Shown here in pieces: positions 55,207 to 64,000 of a stretch of 64,000 nucleotides of DNA. The translations under genes and the position numbers were made by a program. The stretch's first letter is position 1. Each line of letters begins with the position of its first letter. The notes beneath the pieces are model-generated. The model had not been told where the DNA came from, made no database searches, and worked only from the letters and a program-made list of their open reading frames with translations. Source of the DNA: an uncultured Candidatus Saccharibacteria bacterium (GTDB lineage: Bacteria > Patescibacteriota > Minisyncoccia > Phycocordibacterales > PALSA-1337); NCBI GenBank assembly GCA_964412585.1, contig CAYPPJ010000005.1, forward strand, positions 1,512 through 65,511, given 5' to 3'.

Positions 55207-56223
55207 TTACGCGCAAATCTTCACTGTAGCCAATTCCAAAGGTAACGCACTGATATGTGCGCGACTCACCCCATCCGTAGCTTCAAGTAAGGCAACGAGT
55301 ATCGCTGGTGTTACCGCTTTCTTCCCTGCGAGAGATTCGATACATGCCCAATCATCATCTGACACGCGCTCCTTGATAGAAGATTTCGAAGATGCAGAAT
55401 GTTGGAGCAATAAAATAAAACGGGCTTTTTCAAGGATGAGTGTTGCGAATGTTGCCATTGAGATACCAGCTTGGTCTGTCTCTGAAATGATCTTGAGTGC
55501 CGCATCAGCATTTTTTGTAGCCAATGCTTCGATAAAAGAATTGACCAGTGAAGCTCGCGGTGCGCCCGTGATGGCCTCGACTTCGGTACGAGTTAATTTT
55601 TTATCAGCAGATGATGAAATAACTTTTTCAAGAGTTCCAAGAGCATCGCGGAATGAGCCATCACCGAGGAGCGCAATCAGGTCTGAAGCTCCTGCATCTA
55701 GATCGTACCCTTCTTTCTTGGCAATAGGTCCGATCAACTTGCGGATCTGATCACGTGACGGTGTACGGAATGAAAAGGTCTGACAGCGAGAAATAATAGT
55801 ATCGGGAACTTTATCAAGCTCAGTGGTCGCAAGAATGAAAATGACGTGCTTGGGCGGCTCTTCAAGCGTCTTCAACAGCGCATTCCAGGCATCCTTTGAA
55901 AGCATGTGGACCTCGTCGATAATATAGACTTTGAAGGCGCTTGAAAACGGAAGGACAGACACATGTTCGCGCAGTTCACGAATATCATCAATACCACGAT
56001 TTGAGGCCGCATCTATTTCATAAATATCTTCGTCAGCAGTTTTGAGTGCTTTAGCAAGAATACGAGCCGTCGTCGTCTTGCCAGTGCCGCGAGTACCAGA
56101 AAAAAGATATGCGTGGGATGGACGGCTATTCTCAACACTCTCTTTGAGCGCAGTGACAATCTGGTCCTGTCCGATGACTTCAGACCATTTCGATGGACGA
56201 TATGTGCGATAGAGGACGGGCAT
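55207..56223 (-). CDS. dnaX: DNA polymerase III subunit gamma/tau, short form (AAA+ clamp-loader ATPase)
   Basis: YRPSKWSEVIGQ, GTRGTGKTTTARILAKAL, DEVHML and a SRC motif. 338 aa. Confidence 0.8.
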   Translation of the reverse strand: MPVLYRTYRPSKWSEVIGQDQIVTALKESVENSRPSHAYLFSGTRGTGKTTTARILAKALKTADEDIYEIDAASNRGIDDIRELREHVSVLPFSSAFKVYIIDEVHMLSKDAWNALLKTLEEPPKHVIFILATTELDKVPDTIISRCQTFSFRTPSRDQIRKLIGPIAKKEGYDLDAGASDLIALLGDGSFRDALGTLEKVISSSADKKLTRTEVEAITGAPRASLVNSFIEALATKNADAALKIISETDQAGISMATFATLILEKARFILLLQHSASSKSSIKERVSDDDWACIESLAGKKAVTPAILVALLEATDGVSRAHISALPLELATVKICA

Positions 56224-56350
56224 ATGAGTAGTATAAAGGAAAGAAGGAAAAAAGGAAGAAGGAAAAATGAGGTAAAAAAATACGCCGCTCTACCAATCCC
56301 CCCGGGGGGACGAGTAGAACGGCGTGCGAGCGCAAAGCTTGAGTTTTCTT

Positions 56351-56770
56351 TCAGGAGCTGCCGAGCTGGGCAGCGCCGGTGGTCGTAAACGCAACTTCGT
56401 CGGCCGCGACGGCAATCTTGTAGGCTAGCTGATCGGTGATGACACCGGGCTCAGCGGAGCTCAAGTTCGCAGTTGTCGGCGCAAAGGCGGCATTCTTCTG
56501 GATTTGAACGGCGGCGAAAGTATTCGCTGCCACACGTTCGGTGTCCACGAGCGCCGGGTCTTCTTTGATCGCGAGCAGTGCGACGTCGAGTTGGCCAATC
56601 TGGCCGGCTTCAGCAACTGAGGCGTCCGTGACCACCAAGGAGTATGTCACATCAGCCTCCTTCCCAATAGTGACGCCAGTATTCGTTGCCTTTTGCATCT
56701 TCGCGCTGATGGTCATCGCACTGATCGCGGCGATTGCCATTATTGCCAGGAACTTCGGATTCCATTTCAT
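56351..56770 (-). CDS. hypothetical secreted Ala-rich protein
   Basis: The ORF opens at 56839. The likely start is MKWNPKF (56770), with signal peptide FLAIMAIAAISAMTISA. Confidence 0.4.
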   Translation of the reverse strand: MKWNPKFLAIMAIAAISAMTISAKMQKATNTGVTIGKEADVTYSLVVTDASVAEAGQIGQLDVALLAIKEDPALVDTERVAANTFAAVQIQKNAAFAPTTANLSSAEPGVITDQLAYKIAVAADEVAFTTTGAAQLGSS

Positions 56771-56936
56771 AGGCGGTTTCCAGAAAGACAAACAGTCTTT
56801 GGTTGTCTGTTGCCCTTCCGTCAAGGAATAAATTCCCATCCGGTACGTCTTCCAATACTTAAAGAACTGTCTGTCACCTTTCTACATGCAAAAGTGTACG
56901 ACTAAATAATGGCGCTGGCAAGATATTTATCCCCAG

Positions 56937-58043
56937 TTATTTTTTAAGATACTCTTTTACAATCTTGTCAACTTGGGCAGCATTCTCGGTCTCCATCAAT
57001 TTCATGCGCAACTCCTTTGCACCATCCCACCCAGAGACATATGCTTTGAAATGTTTCTTCATGACCGCAAAACTCTTGAACCGCTTGATGCCGTTTTTGC
57101 CACAAAATGTTTTCTCAAATAACTTAGCGTGTTCAACCATGATAGTCAGGCGCTCCTCAGGGGTTTTGGTTCTCGAAAAAGTGACTACTTCTTGGTCACT
57201 TTTTTTGCTGCGAGATACCCCTTGTCCCCCGCCACGAACCAATTCAATATCTTTAAATAGCCACGGCGTCCCGAAAATTCCCCTTCCAATCATCACGCCA
57301 TCACATCCATATTTTTTGATCTGAGTCGCACCATCAGCCACAGATTCAACATCCCCATTTCCGATAAGAAGGGTTCTCTCTTCGACAGGAATATCTTTCT
57401 GTACCTCATCGCGCATCTTTACAATCTCTGGCATCAACTCCCAATGTGCCGGCACATCGGACATTTCTTTGCGCGTGCGAAGATGTACAGTGAGCGCGGG
57501 TAGCTTTTGTTCAAGAAGCAATCTCAACCAATCCATTTCGACACGGTTGTATCCAATGCGTGTCTTCACGCTGACCGCATCTGGACGACCAAATCCCGCA
57601 CGTGCCGCGTGGAGTACTCTGATTGCATTCTGCGGATCTCGGATCGACGCCGAACCACCACCCTGCTTTTCAACGGCGCGGTCTGGACAGCCCATATTAA
57701 TATCGAGTCCGTCGTATCCAAGCTCCGCACATAGTTTTGCGGCTTTCTTCATCGCCTCTGGATGCCCCGTAAACAACTGGGCAACAATGGGCTTTTCTTT
57801 TTTTGAAAACTGCAAATCAACTAACAATCGATCTTTGCCTGGCGAACAAAGCCCGTCAGCAGAGACAAATTCATTCCAGATCACATCTGGTTTGCCATAT
57901 TTGGCAATCATCGCTCGAAAAGCCACGTCAGTCACATTTGCCATGGGCGCAAGTACGAAAAAAGGCTTCGGGAGGGACTTCCAAAATGATGCCTTTTTGG
58001 CTGCTTTAACCATAGCTTGAGCACGTTTTGCCATAACCGACAC
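56937..58043 (-). CDS. dus: tRNA-dihydrouridine synthase (Dus family)
   Basis: VLAPMANVTDVAFR, DINMGCP, and a catalytic Cys context. Confidence 0.85.
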   Translation of the reverse strand: MSVMAKRAQAMVKAAKKASFWKSLPKPFFVLAPMANVTDVAFRAMIAKYGKPDVIWNEFVSADGLCSPGKDRLLVDLQFSKKEKPIVAQLFTGHPEAMKKAAKLCAELGYDGLDINMGCPDRAVEKQGGGSASIRDPQNAIRVLHAARAGFGRPDAVSVKTRIGYNRVEMDWLRLLLEQKLPALTVHLRTRKEMSDVPAHWELMPEIVKMRDEVQKDIPVEERTLLIGNGDVESVADGATQIKKYGCDGVMIGRGIFGTPWLFKDIELVRGGGQGVSRSKKSDQEVVTFSRTKTPEERLTIMVEHAKLFEKTFCGKNGIKRFKSFAVMKKHFKAYVSGWDGAKELRMKLMETENAAQVDKIVKEYLKK

Positions 58044-58096
58044 AGTCTACATTTTCTAACTACTAATTACTAGTTACTAGTAACTTTACCCTCTCC

Positions 58097-59101
58097 CTAC
58101 TCAGCCACTTTACTGAGCAGTTTGAGCATATCAGCATCACGGTTTTTGCTGTTCAAAATAATGATTGCGTAGACATTCTTATTTTTTCCAAGTGTGAACA
58201 ACGCCACGGATGTATGATTTGCCTCTGAAGTATATCCATTCTTACCGCCAGAATAGTACGACCAGCTCAAGAAATGCGTCGGATTGACCCAGGTATGTGA
58301 ACGAATCGTTTTTGTTTTCAATAATGACGTTTCGAGAATAGCAGGATCATTTTTCCTGATCCAGTCGACTATGAGTGAAAGGTCATGCACTGTCGACACA
58401 TTCTTTGGCGACAAACCGGAAGGATCCGCAAAGTATGTGCGGTATGCGCCGATCGATTGTGCCCAGTCATTCATCGCACGCATAAATGCCGCACGACCAT
58501 AATCTTGCGCAAATGCTTCGGCTGCATCATTCGAAGATACCATCATCAGCGGGTAGAGCAAGTCAGAAGCCTTGAGCGTCTCCCCCACCTTAAAAAGCGC
58601 CGTGTTTCCAAAGGTCGACATGATGTCACGGGTGATAGTCACGCGCTCATCCGCACTGATAAGTTTGCGCGCTACAACCGCGGTTACCAATTTGCTCACT
58701 GAAGCAATCGGTAATGCTTGATCTGAATTGCGCTCGATGACAACGGTACCCTGAGTGAGATTGTGTATGAGATAGGCTTTGGCAGTAACTCCCTTTTGAG
58801 TTGCCGCAGGTAACGCCTGAGTCGCGGCTTCGATGAGATTTTCCTCCTCACTGGCAGTATAGCGGATAGTACGACGCGTTCCCGAAATCGAGGTACCATC
58901 GCTCGGTGTAACTGCAGTAGTAACTGCCGCAGAAAAAGAAGGCAGGTGCAAAGATGCCATGCGTGGTCGTAAACTACGCCACGCATACGAGCCGCCATAG
59001 GCAATGCCAACACCGATACCAATGGCCGCCAACCCACCAAAGACGACTACAAAAAATTGTTTCATTGCTACGTATCTTACACCAATGATGGCTCGACGCA
59101 C
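58097..59101 (-). CDS. serine-type D-Ala-D-Ala carboxypeptidase (PBP5/DacA-like, S11)
   Basis: SxxK active site ASVSKL, SxN as SSND, and a KNG triad. N-terminal TM or signal. Confidence 0.7.
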   Translation of the reverse strand: MRRAIIGVRYVAMKQFFVVVFGGLAAIGIGVGIAYGGSYAWRSLRPRMASLHLPSFSAAVTTAVTPSDGTSISGTRRTIRYTASEEENLIEAATQALPAATQKGVTAKAYLIHNLTQGTVVIERNSDQALPIASVSKLVTAVVARKLISADERVTITRDIMSTFGNTALFKVGETLKASDLLYPLMMVSSNDAAEAFAQDYGRAAFMRAMNDWAQSIGAYRTYFADPSGLSPKNVSTVHDLSLIVDWIRKNDPAILETSLLKTKTIRSHTWVNPTHFLSWSYYSGGKNGYTSEANHTSVALFTLGKNKNVYAIIILNSKNRDADMLKLLSKVAE

Positions 59102-59113
59102 ACCCGTCCCTTA

Positions 59114-60013
59114 TTAGCGTACAAACCGATGGTACACATTGGGACTATAGCGAACATCAATATAATCAAATTCAATCTGTTCTTTTTTTGCACGCGCCAC
59201 TTCGATGGTGTGATTCCAGAAAGAGATAAGATTGGCGATTTGCTCATCAACAGGTGCAATCGTATTAAAATAGATGACCGCAGTACTCGAGCTCACTCCT
59301 GGATTGCGTACATATACCTCATACTCGCCGCCCGATTTCATGAGCATGGCATCGACAGTCATGTCTGCATGCTGCAACGCATCATACACACCTTGGATAA
59401 TCCTAAATTCCTTTGTAGAAGTGGCGAGTGACCCAATGAGCGCAGATGAGGTCGCGTCATTATTAAGTGCCAAATCAGGAATGTAATAACGTTTGTACAC
59501 TGCCCCGGAAAATGAAGGGGCTCTCTTGAACAAGATGCCGACATCATCAGTAAAATAACATGCCCCCGAATCAGTGACTGACACGTGGTCACCATCAAAG
59601 TCAGGCAGCGTCGCACAGACGACGGCCGCGGGATCTTTTTCATGTATCGAGACTATGAGCGTATGACGATCTGCCCGTGCAACTTCGACAGACTGTGCCT
59701 CCGGATATTCGGCGCTGACCGTGTCACGAATAGAGGCACGCGGATACACGTAGGAATTGCTCCGCGAAAAGAGTCCGAGGTATGAACCTGAGAGTGCATT
59801 CATCGTCGCCTGATGAATTGCCGCGACTTCATACTGGTCAATGCCAGCAACCTGTACATTGGTGATCGTTAAGAAACTCATCGATGAAACAGCGGACACA
59901 AGCATGACCGCAAGCACTACTGAGACGACACCAATACTCCAACGCATCACCAACCGCGTGCGCTGTTTGGCAGCAAAAGTTTTGGATTGTCGTGATGAAT
60001 ATCGTGGACGCAT
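59114..60013 (-). CDS. FtsQ/DivIB-like cell-division protein (TM plus a POTRA-like domain)
   Basis: TM helix, then ITNVQVAG...HTLIVSIHEKDPAAVV, which resembles the FtsQ POTRA pattern. Not located in a dcw cluster. Confidence 0.45.
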   Translation of the reverse strand: MRPRYSSRQSKTFAAKQRTRLVMRWSIGVVSVVLAVMLVSAVSSMSFLTITNVQVAGIDQYEVAAIHQATMNALSGSYLGLFSRSNSYVYPRASIRDTVSAEYPEAQSVEVARADRHTLIVSIHEKDPAAVVCATLPDFDGDHVSVTDSGACYFTDDVGILFKRAPSFSGAVYKRYYIPDLALNNDATSSALIGSLATSTKEFRIIQGVYDALQHADMTVDAMLMKSGGEYEVYVRNPGVSSSTAVIYFNTIAPVDEQIANLISFWNHTIEVARAKKEQIEFDYIDVRYSPNVYHRFVR

Positions 60014-60018
60014 GCGCG

Positions 60019-61278
60019 TTAACCAATGGTGTCCTTGCCCATATATGGTATGAGGACGTCAGGAATCTTGATGGTGCCATCTGCCTGCTGGTAGTTTTCG
60101 ATGAGTGAGACGAGGATGCGCGGCGTCGGAATAGCAGTCGAATTAAGTGAGTGGGTATAACGAAGTGTTCCATCAGCATCACGGTAACGAATGTTGAGAC
60201 GACGCGTCTGGAAATCATGGAAATATGACGCCGATGAAATCTCGCGATACTTGCCCTCTTTCGGTACCCAAAGCTCAATGTCGTATTTCTTGACCTGACC
60301 GAGTCCAAGGTCACCACCACAATTGACGACAGTATGATATGGAATTTTCAACGTTTCAATGAATTCTTCGGTATTGCGGTTAACCTCTTCGTGATATTTG
60401 ACTGATGTCTCGTGGTTAGCTTCGCAAATAATAACTTGTTCAAATTTGTAAAATTCATTGACGCGAATGAGTCCGTTGGTGTCTTTGCCATGCGCACCAG
60501 CTTCCCTACGATAACACGGAGAAAATCCGAGATAACGTTTTGGTAATTCTGCCGCGTTAAGAGTTTCATCGTTGTGCATACCCATGAGAGGAACTTCGGC
60601 AGTACCAGCAAGATAATCACCATCTTGAGTCTTGTACATATCCTCCTCACCTTGTGGCAAATAACCTGTACCGAACAGATTTATCTTACGTACAACAATC
60701 GGTGGCAAAATCGGCGTGAAGTTTTTCTTTGAAAAAAAGTCGAGTGCGTAGTTCCATATAGCAAAACAGAGCTTTACACCATCACCAGTCAGAAAATAAC
60801 CACGGAAGCCGTGCACCTTGCCACCACGCTCAAAGTCGGCCATGCCGAGCTTGGTCATGAGTTCGATATGATCTTTTGGAGTGAATGTGAACGCCGGCTT
60901 TTCTCCCCAGACTTTTATTTCTTTGTTTTCCGCATCACTAACACCATCAGGAACTGACATGTCGGGAATGTTTGGAACACGGAGCATCAGGTTCTGCCAG
61001 TCAACCATCACCTGTTTGAGGTTGTTCTCATCTGCCTCAAGAGCTGACTTGACTGCTTTCATGTCAGCAATGAGCTTTGCACGATCATCTGGTGTTGCAG
61101 TAGTAATCTTGGCGCTCGCGGCATTTTGCTCGGCACGACGAGCTTCGACGCCGGTAAGCAAAGCTTTACGCTTGTCGTCGAGAGCAATGAGCTCATCTAC
61201 CTTAAAATCGAGACGCTTTTTCTGTGCCGCCAAGGTAATGAGGTCCTTATTCTCACGGATAAATTTGATGTCTAACAT
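60019..61278 (-). CDS. serS: seryl-tRNA synthetase
   Basis: N-terminal coiled-coil arm. Class II motifs (FRGYFLTGDG, GYSPCYRREAG). 419 aa. Confidence 0.95.
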   Translation of the reverse strand: MLDIKFIRENKDLITLAAQKKRLDFKVDELIALDDKRKALLTGVEARRAEQNAASAKITTATPDDRAKLIADMKAVKSALEADENNLKQVMVDWQNLMLRVPNIPDMSVPDGVSDAENKEIKVWGEKPAFTFTPKDHIELMTKLGMADFERGGKVHGFRGYFLTGDGVKLCFAIWNYALDFFSKKNFTPILPPIVVRKINLFGTGYLPQGEEDMYKTQDGDYLAGTAEVPLMGMHNDETLNAAELPKRYLGFSPCYRREAGAHGKDTNGLIRVNEFYKFEQVIICEANHETSVKYHEEVNRNTEEFIETLKIPYHTVVNCGGDLGLGQVKKYDIELWVPKEGKYREISSASYFHDFQTRRLNIRYRDADGTLRYTHSLNSTAIPTPRILVSLIENYQQADGTIKIPDVLIPYMGKDTIG

Positions 61279-61360
61279 ATAAATAGTGTAACATACTCAA
61301 TGCGAATGTTGAATTTCTCCTCCTTGTAGCCAATGAAACTCAATAGGGCTTGCTCATGGC

Positions 61361-61500
61361 GGCCTCTTCATGAGATACGTGTCTTGCCGCTACGATAAAA
61401 GATGTGGTATGCGGATAACGAGGTAGCTACTATCTCCGCTTCAAGACACGTATCTCATTTCGAGGCCTAAAAAGAGCGACCCCCCCCGAGCGCCTCGAAA
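61361..61500. promoter_or_regulatory. highly structured divergent leader region with a 26-bp interrupted stem, overlapping alternative stems, and a C8 homopolymer
   Basis: ggcctc-tt-catgagatacgtgtcttg (61361-61386) pairs with caagacacgtatctcat-ttc-gaggcc (61442-61467). The gaggcc arm also belongs to tttcgaggc (61458-61466) / gcctcgaaa (61492-61500). C8 tract at 61480-61487. Confidence 0.5.
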
Positions 61501-61534
61501 CGACCAAACGATTACTCACTAACATTTTAATACT

Positions 61535-62512
61535 ATGAAAATAACAACGCGACGAATTACACCTGAAAAATATCCTTGGCTCTTACAACAGATAGAACCG
61601 ATGCCAAAGTTTCTCGAAGTTGCTGGCACCATCCCGCCCGATGACCAGAAGTTTCTCTGTGTGGTCGGATCACGTACACCGAGCAGTTATGGCATCGAAA
61701 CCTGTCGCAAACTTATTCTTGAGCTTCAAGGTCAGCCGGTGGTCATTGTTTCGGGCATGGCAATTGGTATTGATTCTATCGCGCATGAGGCAGCTTTGGA
61801 TGCTGGTCTCAAGACCATTGCATTTCCTGGTTCCGGACTTTCTCCGGATGTGCTGTATCCTCCCAGTCGACGAAATCTTGCCGAACGTATTGTTGATTCC
61901 GGTGGCGCGCTCATTTCTTCTTTCAAACCTGATCAAGCTGGAGCTCCTTGGACCTTCCCTGTCCGCAATCGCTGGATGGCTGGCATGTCGCACGCGGTAC
62001 TCATAGTAGAGGGTATGAAAGGGTCTGGCACACTGGGAACTGCCACGTATGCAACAGAACTGAATCGTAATGTTCTGATCGTACCTGGATCTATCTACTC
62101 CGAACTTTCCTACGGCCCACTCCTCCTTTTGAAAGAAGGGGCAACGCCGGTAACATGTGCAGCAGAGATTATGGAAGAACTAACTTTTACCGAAGAACGT
62201 GTCGCAAAAGTAGCACGTAGTCCGGAACGTCTTGCCGCGACTCTTGCGGAGATGAAAAAGAAAGAAGAAGCGAGGCTGGCGGGTAATACGACGACGGGAG
62301 CAGCGCCTCGCGCAACGCGCATCAATCTCGATGCGCTCGCATTATCGATAGACGAACGCAAAGTGTGTGAACACTTGAAGCTCGGCGCACTCAATGCTAC
62401 ACACCTTATGGAAAAAACAGGGCTCACAATTTCAATGCTTAATATCACTATTTCGGAGCTGGAAATGAGAGGTCTTGTCACGCAAGAAATCGGTAGCTAT
62501 CGAATGAACTAA
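61535..62512 (+). CDS. dprA: DNA-processing protein DprA (Smf)
   Basis: Rossmann-like DprA domain (VVGSRTPSSYG, IVSGMAIGIDSIAHEAAL) plus a C-terminal winged helix. Leaderless (TAATAC -10 just before the ATG). Confidence 0.85.
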   Translation: MKITTRRITPEKYPWLLQQIEPMPKFLEVAGTIPPDDQKFLCVVGSRTPSSYGIETCRKLILELQGQPVVIVSGMAIGIDSIAHEAALDAGLKTIAFPGSGLSPDVLYPPSRRNLAERIVDSGGALISSFKPDQAGAPWTFPVRNRWMAGMSHAVLIVEGMKGSGTLGTATYATELNRNVLIVPGSIYSELSYGPLLLLKEGATPVTCAAEIMEELTFTEERVAKVARSPERLAATLAEMKKKEEARLAGNTTTGAAPRATRINLDALALSIDERKVCEHLKLGALNATHLMEKTGLTISMLNITISELEMRGLVTQEIGSYRMN

Positions 62513-62540
62513 TTTGCCACTCCTCTATATATCATGTAAT

Positions 62541-64000
62541 ACTGTCTGCAATGAAACTAGTCATCGTCGAGTCCCCTTCAAAATCAAAGACCATTACCAA
62601 ATATCTCGGTGATGGTTTTACGGTGCGTGCATCAGTCGGACACGTGCGTGATCTCCCCAAGTCCAGCACCAAAGCAATAGATATAGAAGGAGGATTTATC
62701 CCCCACTATGAAGTCGTGGCCAAGAAGGAAGAAGTTCTGGCTGACATTTCTGCACAAGCAAAAAAAGCTGACGAAATTATCCTTGCATCCGATCCGGACC
62801 GCGAAGGAGAAGCTATTGCATGGCACATTTCCGAAGTTCTCAAAGAGCGCCTGGGCAAAGCGGTGGCCAAGAAAATAAAGCGCATCACCTTCCACGAAAT
62901 CACCAAGGAGGCTATTGAGGAAGCGCTATTGCATCCACGCATTGTTGATGAGAACCTCAAAGAAGCACAAGAGGCACGCCGCGTGCTCGACCGTCTCGTC
63001 GGCTATGACCTCTCCGGCATCGTATGGAAAAAAGTCCGCTATGGTCTCTCTGCCGGCCGCGTCCAATCTCCAGCTCTCCGCATTCTCGTTGAACGTGAGC
63101 GTGAGATCGAAGCATTCAAACCAGAAACATTCTGGGTCATTGAAGGTAATTGGAAAACACTTACAGGAGCACCTCTCAAACTTACCTGTTCAAAAGAGCC
63201 TCGCGACAAAAAAGAAGTCGAGTCTATTTTGGCAAAGGCTCGTGCCGAAAAGTGGCAGGTCGTCGACGTTGAAGAGTCAGAAGTCAAACGCTCGCCACGC
63301 GCACCATTCATCACCTCAACTTTACAGCAAGCAGCGAGCTCACGTCTCGGTTTTTCTCCTTCTCGAACCATGGGCATCGCTCAGAAACTCTACGAATCTG
63401 GCGCCATCACCTATATGCGTACCGATTCCACCAACCTTGGCCAACAGGCACTCGATCAGATCGGTGCAGTGGTCAAAAAGCAGTATGGAGAGAAGTATCT
63501 CTCATTCCGCAAATACACCACCAAGAGCAAGAATGCCCAAGAGGCACACGAAGCTATTCGCCCATCACATTTTGATAAGCTGAATGCGGGACATACCGAT
63601 GAGCAAAAGAAGCTCTACCGTCTGATCTGGCAGCGTGCCGTCGCTTCGCAGATGGCTGATGCCACCATGATGCGTACCAAGATCATCGCTAATACAGAAA
63701 AAGACAGTGTCCCCAACTTTGAAGCTACTGGCTCGCGCATCCTCTTTGACGGGTGGCTCAAGGCAGATCCCGATTCTGTCGGTGAGGAAGTAACCTTACC
63801 AAAGTGCGCAAAAGATGAAGCCCTCGAGCTTGTTGCGATTGATTCACTCGAAAAACAAACTCTGCCACCACCACGATATACCGAAGCTGGCCTCATCAAG
63901 GAGCTCGAGAAGCGCGGCATCGGACGTCCTTCAACATACGCATCTATCTGCAAGACCATCGAAGATCGTGGCTATGTCGGCAAAGAAGGCCGTTCGCTCA
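62541..64000 (+). CDS. topA: DNA topoisomerase I (5' partial, runs off the window)
   Basis: MKLVIVESPSKSKTI, DPDREGEAIAWH Toprim, the RLYESGAITYMRTDS active-site Tyr region, and LPPRYTEA. It is not in the ORF table because it has no stop within the window. Confidence 0.9.

Noticed and set aside
61279-61534. T-box riboswitch upstream of serS
   Set aside because: I searched the serS-leader strand for the conserved T-box sequence (AGGGTGG-N-ACCGCG) and a Stem I GA-motif with a Ser specifier. Neither is present. The structure is therefore reported as an unclassified leader.
62632-63959. Multiple minus-strand ORFs and a 222-aa plus-strand ORF within 62632-63959
   Set aside because: They lie inside the topA reading frame, which starts at 62541. 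That frame is continuous to the window end and carries unmistakable topoisomerase I motifs. The others are out-of-frame shadows.

Overview
This 64-kb window comes from a low-to-moderate GC bacterium with Patescibacteria/CPR-like or monoderm-like traits. ABC substrate-binding proteins are anchored by an N-terminal transmembrane helix rather than a lipobox. Many genes are leaderless or have very short leaders. Transketolase is split into two subunits, DnaX is short, and the LexA operator is a Gram-positive-type Cheo box. This lineage call is inference from the sequence only.

The left third (1-23 kb) is housekeeping: uvrB, a split transketolase, rpe, rpiB, a MurE-like ligase paired with a FemAB transferase, gap, pyrD, a MacAB-like tripartite ABC exporter, and an SOS-regulated small-ORF plus lexA operon.

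The middle of the window (about 23-51 kb) holds twelve paralogous LivK-family substrate-binding proteins. They share a single LivF/LivG/LivM/LivH transporter core and are interspersed with three TrmB-family regulators. The same region contains an FMN-dependent alpha-hydroxy-acid oxidase, an OlsB-like GNAT N-acyltransferase, a secreted protease-like protein, a secreted beta-rich protein and an EamA transporter.

The right part has a GC-rich group of hypothetical genes, tRNA-Gln(UUG), dnaX, dus, a DacA-like carboxypeptidase, an FtsQ-like protein, serS, dprA and the 5' part of topA.

Several non-coding signals stand out. Three small structured RNA loci each sit behind a phased 11-bp repeat array: a ~95-nt sRNA, a ~230-nt structured RNA, and a non-canonical tRNA-like element followed by a second sRNA. 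There is a perfectly palindromic divergent promoter. A Cheo-type SOS box lies inside a promoter spacer. A long, mutually exclusive stem system lies between serS and dprA.

No CRISPR array, rRNA or obvious transposase was found.
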